From Parcubacteria group bacterium GW2011_GWA2_43_13 (lineage in GTDB: Bacteria; Patescibacteriota; Patescibacteriia; UBA9629; GWA2-43-13): 64,000 nt of DNA. The stretch spans positions 1,925 to 65,924 of the forward strand of contig LCFM01000004.1 in assembly GCA_000999025.1 (NCBI GenBank), read 5' to 3'. The stretch's first letter is position 1. Each line of letters opens with the position of its first letter. Made by a program: the position numbers and the translations under genes. Below are positions 28,780-37,477 of this stretch, in pieces. The notes beneath the pieces are model-generated. The model was not told where the DNA came from and searched no databases. It saw only the letters and a program-made list of their open reading frames with translations.

Positions 28780-30387
28780 CTATTTTTGCTCTATTTGTAA
28801 ACAACAAATATCAGGACTTTCACAGCGTTCTTTGGGTTTTCCTGACTTCCATATACTCTCATATCCACCTGCAACATCATTCCAAACAGAACAGTCGACT
28901 TTAACTTCGTTGGAATGACACTGCGGCGTCCCACCACCTCGACAATCAATCCCATTCTTAATCAATCTTGCTGATACATCAGTTTGTTCCCTTCTCTTAT
29001 CTAAAACAGCGCAACAAATTCCTACCCCATAATCTCCGCCAGCGATTTGTTCCTCCGAGCATCTCGCAATAGGGGTTTGGTTTTCAATCATACACTCATA
29101 CCCAACAGGACGTTTTGTATCAGTACTCTCGAACCCCTCTAATCCCAAAGAAATAGTATAAGGAGCAGGAATTGTATCCTTACCCGCACAATCTAATCTT
29201 ACCTCACCAACCCCACAATTTCTCACTTCTGCTATATCGCATGTATACTGGCCAGTCCCTTGTAATACCTTTCCTCCCGGAGAAAGCTCCATAACCTCTG
29301 CCGCTGTACAAATAAGAGAACCACCACTCGCACGAAACGTTAAATCATTCTTTGTAGCACATTTTTGTTCACACGTTTTTTGACTATCCGTGGTAGTACA
29401 CTTAACCTCTTTACATATATCTTTCGCCATTATATTCTGCCCTACATTTTGTCCAAACCCTAATGCTTTTCCACTACACTCAAATCCTATAGTATCTGTC
29501 TTAGGATTACAGGTATCTTTTGTAGCTTCTGATGTAACCCCCGCTTGTATGTACTGCCCCTCTTGCAATCCCTTATAACATACTCGACCATAACATTGTT
29601 TACTAGGAAACCGCTGTTGTAAATCTTGAGATAATAAATCAAACCCTACTATTGTATACATTGAACCACAAACCGTAGCATCACCAGTGGCGGCCCTATT
29701 ACTCGGGCTTAATACTTTTATATCAGGCGGGCACTGGAGATCTAAATTTCTCTCTACTTGATTTGCAGTAGCCCAATCCTGTTCTATACATTCAATCGGT
29801 GTTAAATTTTTCGCGACATTGGGAAGGGAAAGGTCTACAAGCTCGGGGTTGATGATTTTTAAAATCGTAAAAGAAAATAACGCAATCAACAGTCCTGCGA
29901 GAGCGGAGCGCATGGTCTCTTTTGCTTTATCAACTGCGCCGGAATTTCCACCTGCAAACATCCATCTGTAACCCGCTACTGCCAGCATCAATACTGACGC
30001 CATTGCCGCAAGAATAACAAAAAATTTATATAATTTACTAATATAATCAACCGCTCCACCAGCGGGGTTGTCCGCGTCAATGTTAATCTGCGCCTGTTGA
30101 ACGCATATCCCTTTAATTTTTACCCCGTTAACCTCTTTTTCACATGCAGTATCATTCTCTGTGCCTGCGTTTGCTTTATGACATTCCGCTCCCACTTTGC
30201 CAGTCGCGCACACATACGCCTCGTCAGTCACTCCAGGAATATAAATCTGCAATTTTGCCGGATCCGGACCATCTTTCTCTTTTTTACACTTTCCCCCTTG
30301 CGCTAAAACAGGAGCAACACTGTATAACAAAATAAAAAAAAGCAATAGTATAAAAGACAATCGCGTGTATTTTAAAACACTATTCAT
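28780..30387 (-). CDS. VirB2/TrbC-like pilin-domain protein with a Cys-rich C-terminal extension (paralog)
   Basis: YISKLYKFFVILAAMASVLMLAVAGYRWMFAGGN..AKETMRSALAGL..IINPELV. Confidence 0.75.
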   Translation of the reverse strand: MNSVLKYTRLSFILLLFFILLYSVAPVLAQGGKCKKEKDGPDPAKLQIYIPGVTDEAYVCATGKVGAECHKANAGTENDTACEKEVNGVKIKGICVQQAQINIDADNPAGGAVDYISKLYKFFVILAAMASVLMLAVAGYRWMFAGGNSGAVDKAKETMRSALAGLLIALFSFTILKIINPELVDLSLPNVAKNLTPIECIEQDWATANQVERNLDLQCPPDIKVLSPSNRAATGDATVCGSMYTIVGFDLLSQDLQQRFPSKQCYGRVCYKGLQEGQYIQAGVTSEATKDTCNPKTDTIGFECSGKALGFGQNVGQNIMAKDICKEVKCTTTDSQKTCEQKCATKNDLTFRASGGSLICTAAEVMELSPGGKVLQGTGQYTCDIAEVRNCGVGEVRLDCAGKDTIPAPYTISLGLEGFESTDTKRPVGYECMIENQTPIARCSEEQIAGGDYGVGICCAVLDKRREQTDVSARLIKNGIDCRGGGTPQCHSNEVKVDCSVWNDVAGGYESIWKSGKPKERCESPDICCLQIEQK

Positions 30388-30408
30388 ACGTTTATATGGT
30401 ATCCACTA

Positions 30409-31119
30409 TCATTCTCCCGTAGCGCCAGCGCCTCCTCCCCGCACCTCCTCAATTTGTTGTGGCTCCTCTGTAGGTTCTTCTGTTGGTTCTGTGTCTTTGC
30501 CGCCAAAAATCGCCGATACCACTCCAATAATCACAAACAAAATTAACAACCCCAATAAAATCCACGGCAAAACAGAGGCAATAGCAGACAGCACAGAGAT
30601 GATCACCTTTTTTTTTATCTGCTGTTTTATCATGTCCTTCCCTGCCTGTTGAGCCACACTCTTCACTTGTTGTTGCGCCACATCAGCCGCGCGCGAGCGC
30701 GCGCTTTCTCTCATATCCTCTAATTGATCTTTCATCGTTTCTGTTTCTACCTCCTGCGCTTGTTCTTGCGCCTGCTGTTCATCAGCTTGCTTTGATTCCT
30801 GCTCTTGCGCGCTCAACTCTTGTTGTTGTTGTAAATTTTGCTGTTGCGCTTTATCTTGCTCTTCTTGAAACCCTCTATCTTGTTCTTCGCGCACGTCTTG
30901 TGAAGATTCTTGATCTTCGTCATCATCATCATCTTCTTCTCTATACCCATACTCCTCCTCATCATCATCGTCCTCATCTTGCTCTGATTGTAAAATCCGA
31001 CTCTCATCTTGAGAGTCCTTTAATGTTTCAGATGCAATATTCTGCTCATGCTCGCCAAGCTCTAAATCAAGTTCAAGATCGCTTGGATCATCTTTTTGCA
31101 ATGCTTTTTCTTCTGCCAT
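30409..31119 (-). CDS. Acidic, Gln-rich membrane protein
   Basis: D/E/Q low-complexity N-terminus and a C-terminal TM helix; start MAEEKA. Confidence 0.7.
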   Translation of the reverse strand: MAEEKALQKDDPSDLELDLELGEHEQNIASETLKDSQDESRILQSEQDEDDDDEEEYGYREEDDDDDEDQESSQDVREEQDRGFQEEQDKAQQQNLQQQQELSAQEQESKQADEQQAQEQAQEVETETMKDQLEDMRESARSRAADVAQQQVKSVAQQAGKDMIKQQIKKKVIISVLSAIASVLPWILLGLLILFVIIGVVSAIFGGKDTEPTEEPTEEPQQIEEVRGGGAGATGE

Positions 31120-31135
31120 AGTTATATCCCAAAGG

Positions 31136-31177
31136 AATACCTCCCCCTTCCCCCTCCTTATAAAGGAGGGGGAACGC
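31136..31177. repeat. CCCTCC..GGAGGG element (intergenic)
   Basis: aatacctcccccttCCCCCTCCTTataAAGGAGGGGGaacgc. Confidence 0.8.
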
Positions 31178-31180
31178 ATA

Positions 31181-31804
31181 CTATCCCTCCACGCCCTTTT
31201 TCCAAAATACGCTATTCACAAGCCATTGATCCCCCTCTTTTATCAACTCAACATCCGCATTTTGAGGAAACAACATTGTATTGCCTTCAAATCCTCGCGC
31301 CTCGGCTCGTTGAGTAACAACCGTGTATACACGCTTTGCATCAGGATTTTCCTGTTGCGAAAAATCAATAGAAACATTCAACGCCTGGGTTGTTATTCCA
31401 TAATACACAGAAGAATCGTTGTCTGCCATCATTCCCAATCCATACCGTCTCGCCCACTGATAAAACTGCTCTGTTGTAACCATTTTTAATGCTTCAAGAT
31501 TGCTAAACTCATTTTGATTTGAAAACGTGCCAAATCGTTCAATAAAAGTAGATACAAAACGCTCCATTTGTCGCTCTTTTCTTTCTTGTTCAGAGATTGG
31601 GGTCGGCTCATATTCAACCGCCTTTGAGATTGATATCGGGTCATCAAAATTTTCTTGAATATCCTGCGCATCAGCATCTGTTGTTAGTGATGAGGGCTGT
31701 GTTTTTGCTGTACGAATCGTAATCACAAAAATCACAACAATGCTTATGAGAATAAGCCCGGTAATAATAATGATGATTTTTTTCAACGCACTCATGTCGA
31801 GCAT
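31181..31804 (-). CDS. Putative VirB8/TcpC-like (NTF2-fold) bitopic protein
   Basis: N-terminal TM helix, FIERFGTFSNQ, C-terminal VELIKEGDQWLV; adjacent to VirB4. Confidence 0.5.
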   Translation of the reverse strand: MLDMSALKKIIIIITGLILISIVVIFVITIRTAKTQPSSLTTDADAQDIQENFDDPISISKAVEYEPTPISEQERKERQMERFVSTFIERFGTFSNQNEFSNLEALKMVTTEQFYQWARRYGLGMMADNDSSVYYGITTQALNVSIDFSQQENPDAKRVYTVVTQRAEARGFEGNTMLFPQNADVELIKEGDQWLVNSVFWKKGVEG

Positions 31805-31812
31805 AGGAGTTT

Positions 31813-31870
31813 ATATCTCACCCCTCCGCCAGCTGGCGGACTCTCCTTATAAAGGAGAGGGAGACGACGC
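31813..31870. repeat. Composite repeat: CCCTCTCC element with nested TCCGCCAGCTGGCGGA
   Basis: atatctcacccc[tccgccagctggcgga]ctctccttataaaggagagggagacgacgc. Confidence 0.8.
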
Positions 31871-31898
31871 GCCTCTTTTTTTATCTATAAGAAAGAAG

Positions 31899-33848
31899 CT
31901 ACGCCGCCGGAGCTGATTGAGGGGTTACTGGCGCCGTAACTTGTTCTTCTTCTTTTTTCTGAGTCGAACCAAACCCTTCGAGCTGGGCATTTTCAAACTC
32001 TTTCTTTGATTCTTCAATCTCAAGCAACTGCCGCGGGTCAGAGGTGATAATTTGATCTTCAGTATATGACGCAATAATTTTGATAGCCGCGTGCTTGTTG
32101 CCTGCGAAAAAGATACCCTCACCAACTCCGCTTTCAAGTAATAAATACCGCTCACCTTGGGTTAACATAAATGTTTTACTTACAACATCAATAGATGCTG
32201 TTGATTGCCTCAAAAGAATCTGCATCGGCGAATTCGTTACAATCGCTTGTCCGTATGGCGAAAGCAAAAAATCATTCACATCTTGCGTAATAGTAGTAAC
32301 ACCTAAATAATATTTACGGCACCGTTTGACGAGAGCAAAAATAAACCGCGCAGAGTCCTCATGTTGCATCAACCACCATGCCTCATCAACCACAAGAATG
32401 CGTTTTTTGAGTTTTGACCGCACAATATTCCAAATGTAATTCACAATCATGTACACTGCCATGGGACGCAACTCATCTTCCAAATCCCGCACGCTGAAAA
32501 TCACAAGCTGATTATCCATGTCAATATTCGTACGGTTGTTAAATAAACCGGAAAATGTGCCTTCTGTGTATTTTTTCAATCGCTCAGCAAGATTATCTCC
32601 TCCCTCCATGCCGTTTAACACATCCAATAAATCCTGCATAACCGGCATTTCCACTTTGGCAAGATCAGCATCAGGAGTAATATCGCGTTTCGCATACACT
32701 TCAAGTAACGCGCGATCAAGTAAAGAATCCTCTGTCTGATTCATTTTCCCAAGCATAATTCTCAATAACCCCTTAACCGTAATAACTGCGGAACGAATGA
32801 CATCGGCAACGCTTGTGTCTTCCCCCACTGCGCGCGGAAGATCGAATGGATTGATTTTACTATCAGAACTCAATGAAATATTGATATACGTTCCTCCAAC
32901 AGCATCTGACAGATGCTTATACTCGCGTTCAGGATCAATAATAATCACATCAGTGCCTACCATTAAACTTCTCAATACTTCAAGCTTTACCGCGTAACTT
33001 TTTCCTGCGCCAGATGTTGCAAACACGACTGAATTTGCATTTTGCAATGAAAACCTGTCAAAAATGATCAAACCGTTATTATGCCGATTGATACCGTACA
33101 AAATTCCATGATCGCTGGTTAAATCAGATGAAATAAACGGGAACGACGACGCAATCGGAGAAGAGTTCATATTAAAACTCACACTTAATTCATCATTACC
33201 AAGTGGCAGTGTTGAATTAAACCCTTGCTCGTTTTGCCAGAGTGAACGTTTTGTTACGACTAACTTTGAGCCGAAAATACTTTCAATTTTAACGGTCTGC
33301 TGATCAAGTTCTTCTTTGGTTTTTGCATAAATAGTTACGTATAACGCGAACTGAAAAAACTTTTCAATGCCCTGCGTAATATCATCGCGCAATTTTTCCA
33401 AATCCTGCAGAGCTGATTCCCTCAATGGATCGCGGGGAGCTCCTTTTTCAGCGTCAGCAACCAACTGCGCTTCAATATTTCCGACCTTATTCCTCATTTG
33501 TTTCAGCACCACTTCGGTTGGTATTGGATAAAAAAACATTGAAATATCAATCGGCCCGTTAAAATTAATAATCGGAGCAAACCATCCAACACTGATATAG
33601 CGTGGATACCCGATCACAAAAAGAGTTCGGGTCCAGTTGCTTCCAAGCCGAAGAGTATCGGGAGCAACTTCCATGCCTGACGGAGCAATGATATCCCGAA
33701 TCGCGACAGTCCCTTCTTGATAAAACTTTTCCGCTTCCAGTAGTTCTTTCACTTGCTTTTGATCACCCTTTTCTTGAAGTTGCGAAGAGTGAGCAAGGTC
33801 ATCGCTCTCTTGTTGTTTTTGTTGTAATTGATTTGGTGTAAAAGCCAC
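31899..33848 (-). CDS. virB4: VirB4-like T4SS ATPase
   Basis: ATSGAGKS Walker A, IIIDPEREY, INPFD, LVVDEAW Walker B, RCRKY, ITQDV.DF. Confidence 0.85.
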   Translation of the reverse strand: MAFTPNQLQQKQQESDDLAHSSQLQEKGDQKQVKELLEAEKFYQEGTVAIRDIIAPSGMEVAPDTLRLGSNWTRTLFVIGYPRYISVGWFAPIINFNGPIDISMFFYPIPTEVVLKQMRNKVGNIEAQLVADAEKGAPRDPLRESALQDLEKLRDDITQGIEKFFQFALYVTIYAKTKEELDQQTVKIESIFGSKLVVTKRSLWQNEQGFNSTLPLGNDELSVSFNMNSSPIASSFPFISSDLTSDHGILYGINRHNNGLIIFDRFSLQNANSVVFATSGAGKSYAVKLEVLRSLMVGTDVIIIDPEREYKHLSDAVGGTYINISLSSDSKINPFDLPRAVGEDTSVADVIRSAVITVKGLLRIMLGKMNQTEDSLLDRALLEVYAKRDITPDADLAKVEMPVMQDLLDVLNGMEGGDNLAERLKKYTEGTFSGLFNNRTNIDMDNQLVIFSVRDLEDELRPMAVYMIVNYIWNIVRSKLKKRILVVDEAWWLMQHEDSARFIFALVKRCRKYYLGVTTITQDVNDFLLSPYGQAIVTNSPMQILLRQSTASIDVVSKTFMLTQGERYLLLESGVGEGIFFAGNKHAAIKIIASYTEDQIITSDPRQLLEIEESKKEFENAQLEGFGSTQKKEEEQVTAPVTPQSAPAA

Positions 33849-33860
33849 AGAAAAAATAAT

Positions 33861-33901
33861 GAATACCTCCCCTTATCCCATCCTTATAAAGGAGGGAACA
33901 C
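33861..33901. repeat. CCCTCC..GGAGGG element (intergenic)
   Basis: gaatacctccccttatcccatccttataaaggagggaacac. Confidence 0.75.
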
Positions 33902-33914
33902 GAAAGATGGTCGC

Positions 33915-34610
33915 TTAAAATGATTCAACTTGCACTTTTTCTATTTCATGCATTTTTTGCGAATCAACAAGTTCAGGATTATAGGTTGAGTAAAATAATT
34001 CTATCAAACCTTGCGTATCCAGCATAATCGGCGTCAATCCCATACCCGCAAGTCCGGACATAACATAATCAACTCTTTTCATAAGAGAATCTCGGTACGA
34101 AGTAAATGTTTTTTGAGAAAGACGAATAACTTTACTGGGGGTAAAAATCTCACTCATTCGGGAAAAAAATCCTTTTTGCTTGTCAGAACCGGGTGCGTAG
34201 GAAATGACCGTAAAAAATTTTTTGCCCATAATATCGCCTAATCCAATCAGCTCTTTGATAAAATTGATATACTCAACGGTTTGCGCGCGCAATAAATCAT
34301 TTGAATGTTTGTTAATATACTCCTCAAGCTCTGCGATATACGCGTCAATATTCAACGGTCGGGATTGAATCACGATTTGGAGCGAAAAATTAATAGAATT
34401 TAAAAATCCAACATAGCCGCCAACAATCGCTTCTTGCTCCTCCTCTGATTTTAACGCAAAATTAATAGATGAAACCATTAATACAGAGCGCAATGTACCA
34501 TCTTTTAACACAACAACGTCATCACGAATCTCGGCAATATCCAAATACTGCTGTGTTGACGCTTTAGGTTTATTGCCTTGAAGTTGCTTTGATTTCATAA
34601 CGGGTAACAC
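33915..34610 (-). CDS. TraC/VirB4 N-terminal-like T4SS protein
   Basis: STQQYLDIAEIRDDVVVLKDG; SINFALKSEEEQEAI; FLNS..F.LQIVIQSR; lies between prgI and virB4. Confidence 0.7.
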   Translation of the reverse strand: MLPVMKSKQLQGNKPKASTQQYLDIAEIRDDVVVLKDGTLRSVLMVSSINFALKSEEEQEAIVGGYVGFLNSINFSLQIVIQSRPLNIDAYIAELEEYINKHSNDLLRAQTVEYINFIKELIGLGDIMGKKFFTVISYAPGSDKQKGFFSRMSEIFTPSKVIRLSQKTFTSYRDSLMKRVDYVMSGLAGMGLTPIMLDTQGLIELFYSTYNPELVDSQKMHEIEKVQVESF

Positions 34611-34631
34611 TAAAAACTCTAAATATGGTAC

Positions 34632-35099
34632 TTATGCCTTCCGGCCCTGCGTAATTTCAGCGTGCAAATCTGTTTTATATCTTCCGCCAGTATCAGCCAT
34701 TAAAGACAATTCAGAAAGACGCGAATGCGTTACTTGCGACTTTTTCACTACCTGGGGAGCAACCATGTGCGATGTCTTTTTATCCTGATGGCTCGCGACC
34801 GCGTGAACCACTGTCATGCCTTTATTCCAAATTCGTTTAGACGGCCGTTTGAGTGTTTGCAACATTCCCACAATAAAAACATGGAATGGCCTGCCGTTTA
34901 CTTTCACGAATCCGAACAACGCGACCGTAGCTAAAATACCGATGGCAAAAGCGATAAATATCGGCAATACGAAAATTTTATAACACACAAAAAGAAACAA
35001 CCCGCCGATAATCATGATAATAAATTGACGAATCGTAATCGGTCCGATAATTTTATCTTCTACATCAATAAATTGTGGAACTACATACTGCTGTGGCAT
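34632..35099 (-). CDS. PrgI family (VirB3-like) protein
   Basis: VPQFIDVEDKIIGPITIRQF, two TM helices, NGRPF. Confidence 0.85.
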   Translation of the reverse strand: MPQQYVVPQFIDVEDKIIGPITIRQFIIMIIGGLFLFVCYKIFVLPIFIAFAIGILATVALFGFVKVNGRPFHVFIVGMLQTLKRPSKRIWNKGMTVVHAVASHQDKKTSHMVAPQVVKKSQVTHSRLSELSLMADTGGRYKTDLHAEITQGRKA

Positions 35100-35141
35100 A
35101 CTGCATGAAAATAACAAAATCCAAATATCAAATGACAACAA

Positions 35142-36644
35142 TTACTCTAACTCAGTATTAAAATCAGCGATGGCGTCAAATTCTTCTTGCGTTAATCCAT
35201 TCGACCCATCTTCGGATATAATCTGCGAAACCGACTTTGCTCCCTGCATTGCGCGATTACCAATAGATACATACTGTTTATACAACGGCGATTGTCGCCA
35301 TTGTCGAACCGCCGCGAGCCGCTTGTCATACGATTGTTGCGCCATGGTCGTTATTTCATGTTGGACACGTGCAAAAATATCCCGAATACCATGCGGACTC
35401 ATGCGCACATCATCCAATGAAATCGTTCCCAACTGCTCTACTGTTCCCATAACTTGCTGTCCCATCGGCCGAACCGGCGCAATATCCTGCATGTTCGGCT
35501 TTTGCGTATCCACTATTTTTCGCACAGGAATTTTATTTCCACTATTCCCTGTTTGAACGGATACCCCTTGTTGTTGCCCGTCAATGCCTGAAACCGCAGA
35601 AGGCGTAAACGCATCAAGTGCAATGGAAACAACATCAGGCCTGTTTGTTGCGGATTGCAACGCCTGCTGTTGAGACGCGTCATGGGAGGCAGTGACAGAC
35701 GGCACAACAGAATCCCGTGCTGATTGAGATGGAGCTGTGGGCGCAGTATCTTTATGCTCGCTTGAAAGCGATTGAGCCAACACCGATGGGGTTGGAAACG
35801 GCTCTTGTGGAATACTCTGCGCGGCCGGATAATGATCTTCTATTTCTTGAACTATCTGTTGCGCTGTCTCTTCAGGTATCTCTAATCCTCCTATTTTATG
35901 TCCCCGCACAAGCAAAGCCAATGTCTGTTTTTTTGTGCGCAATCCTTTTATTTGCGCCGCAAGTACGCTTCCAAATCGTTGAATACGCAAGTCCTCTTCA
36001 AATTGAAGAGAATATTTATGCATCAGCGCCTCTGCGATTTTTCGATAATCAAGAATCACCGCGCTTTCAGGAACCATTTTCCGATGCCAATCAATCTCCT
36101 TCGCGTCTTGAGGATCAAAATGATGAGTGAATGAGTCCCCTCGCTGTTCAGATAATAATATTTTATGCAAAGCGACTGATTGCGCCTGTTCATTCACTTG
36201 GGGGTGAAATTGGACCTTTTGGATATCATCTACTAAAGACATGTCTTGTAATGCGTGTTCGTCTGTCGATTCACTTTGAACTTTTGAAAGATCATACTCA
36301 AGCGCGGCTTCAATAACAGCTTTATTATGAGGATTACCCTCGGAAAACAGGTGTTCTATAAACTCATCACTTTGCTCATCTGACACCATATTCAAGCGTC
36401 TTTTCATCCGTTCGGCAACAGGAATATGGTATGCCTGACTGACAGCAGATATATCCTGCTTAAACAAATCGCTCACCTCTGCATCAACAAGCAATGGGAG
36501 TGCTACGATTTTAAGCGGAGCAACCCAGGTTTTTGCTGTTTCATCCGTATCCAATCGCAATTCCTGCCACAGCAGATGCGCTTTGGCAGTTTGATTCTTT
36601 TTAATCACTTCTTTTATCTCTTCAATTTTTGTTTCTGATAGCAT
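35142..36644 (-). CDS. Hypothetical protein of the T4SS cluster
   Basis: Long ORF with a low-complexity middle; C-terminal WRQSPLYKQY...LTQEEFDAIADFN. Confidence 0.75.
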   Translation of the reverse strand: MLSETKIEEIKEVIKKNQTAKAHLLWQELRLDTDETAKTWVAPLKIVALPLLVDAEVSDLFKQDISAVSQAYHIPVAERMKRRLNMVSDEQSDEFIEHLFSEGNPHNKAVIEAALEYDLSKVQSESTDEHALQDMSLVDDIQKVQFHPQVNEQAQSVALHKILLSEQRGDSFTHHFDPQDAKEIDWHRKMVPESAVILDYRKIAEALMHKYSLQFEEDLRIQRFGSVLAAQIKGLRTKKQTLALLVRGHKIGGLEIPEETAQQIVQEIEDHYPAAQSIPQEPFPTPSVLAQSLSSEHKDTAPTAPSQSARDSVVPSVTASHDASQQQALQSATNRPDVVSIALDAFTPSAVSGIDGQQQGVSVQTGNSGNKIPVRKIVDTQKPNMQDIAPVRPMGQQVMGTVEQLGTISLDDVRMSPHGIRDIFARVQHEITTMAQQSYDKRLAAVRQWRQSPLYKQYVSIGNRAMQGAKSVSQIISEDGSNGLTQEEFDAIADFNTELE

Positions 36645-36647
36645 ACA

Positions 36648-36753
36648 GCAATCCCAATATACGAATGACATCCTAATCTACACATACAACGAATACGTAT
36701 GTCATTATTTACACTATTCGTATCATTCGGATGTATTCGTAGATTAAGATAAC
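36648..36753. repeat. ~100-bp inverted-repeat element, copy 3
   Basis: gcaatcccaatatacgaatgacatcctaatctac...attcggatgtattcgtagattaagat. Confidence 0.85.
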
Positions 36754-36777
36754 AGATCTATTATACCACACAATTCT

Positions 36778-37398
36778 TCACATCTGACTCACCACACACT
36801 CAATCATCCTACCTGCTTCATCTTCTGCAACATGGCACTGGTCAACAAGAACCTGCGCGAGCGCAAGCCGAACCTGCTCTGTTTTATTTCGTTCACCAGC
36901 AAGGAGTTCTGCAAAATCAGGCAACATAAGCCAGCGATCAATTTCGCCGGCATTCGCCAACACAAACCCAGCCGATACAACGCGAAGAGCGGCGCATTTC
37001 TGTTGAGCTAAAATCATTTCTTTCACTATCTTTGATATATCTCCGCCTGTAGCGAAAAGTATCGTTTGCGCCTCTTGCGCAATAAGGCCTTGCACCCTTG
37101 AACTCTCTATTGCTTCGCGTGATAGCCGTATCATTCTTTTGATATCTATGTCATTGAGCATCTGCTGGAACGCCACGCGATTTTCCTCACTCAATCCATA
37201 TTCCTGTTCTAAGACGCGTTCGCTATCGCTGAATTGCATGACTCCTATAATCAGCCGAGTTATGATTTCATAGACCGGCACGCCTGTTTTCCGCTTTATC
37301 GCTTCAGTACGGTTGACCACTGCCGGCTGACTCAAAAAATCATGCACTTCTTGCGGAAGCCGATCTAATGTTTTCAGTTGTTGATCATTCAGCGGCAT
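36778..37398 (-). CDS. Hypothetical helical protein
   Basis: 206-aa ORF co-oriented with the cluster. Confidence 0.65.
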   Translation of the reverse strand: MPLNDQQLKTLDRLPQEVHDFLSQPAVVNRTEAIKRKTGVPVYEIITRLIIGVMQFSDSERVLEQEYGLSEENRVAFQQMLNDIDIKRMIRLSREAIESSRVQGLIAQEAQTILFATGGDISKIVKEMILAQQKCAALRVVSAGFVLANAGEIDRWLMLPDFAELLAGERNKTEQVRLALAQVLVDQCHVAEDEAGRMIECVVSQM

Positions 37399-37412
37399 AA
37401 AAGCTACATTCT

Positions 37413-37442
37413 TGTAGAGACGGGGTTAACCCCGTCTCTACA
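37413..37442. repeat. Perfect 30-bp GTAG-type REP palindrome (intergenic)
   Basis: TGTAGAGACGGGGTTAACCCCGTCTCTACA, identical to 60072-60101 inside leuS. Confidence 0.92.
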
Positions 37443-37477
37443 CATGATGAGATAGCCAATCAGCGGAAACCCCGTCT

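Noticed and set aside
13285..30387. Diversity-generating retroelement (SHOCT duplicates or pilin paralogs as TR/VR)
   Set aside because: No reverse transcriptase; the SHOCT differences are mostly synonymous and not adenine-specific; the pilins are too diverged.
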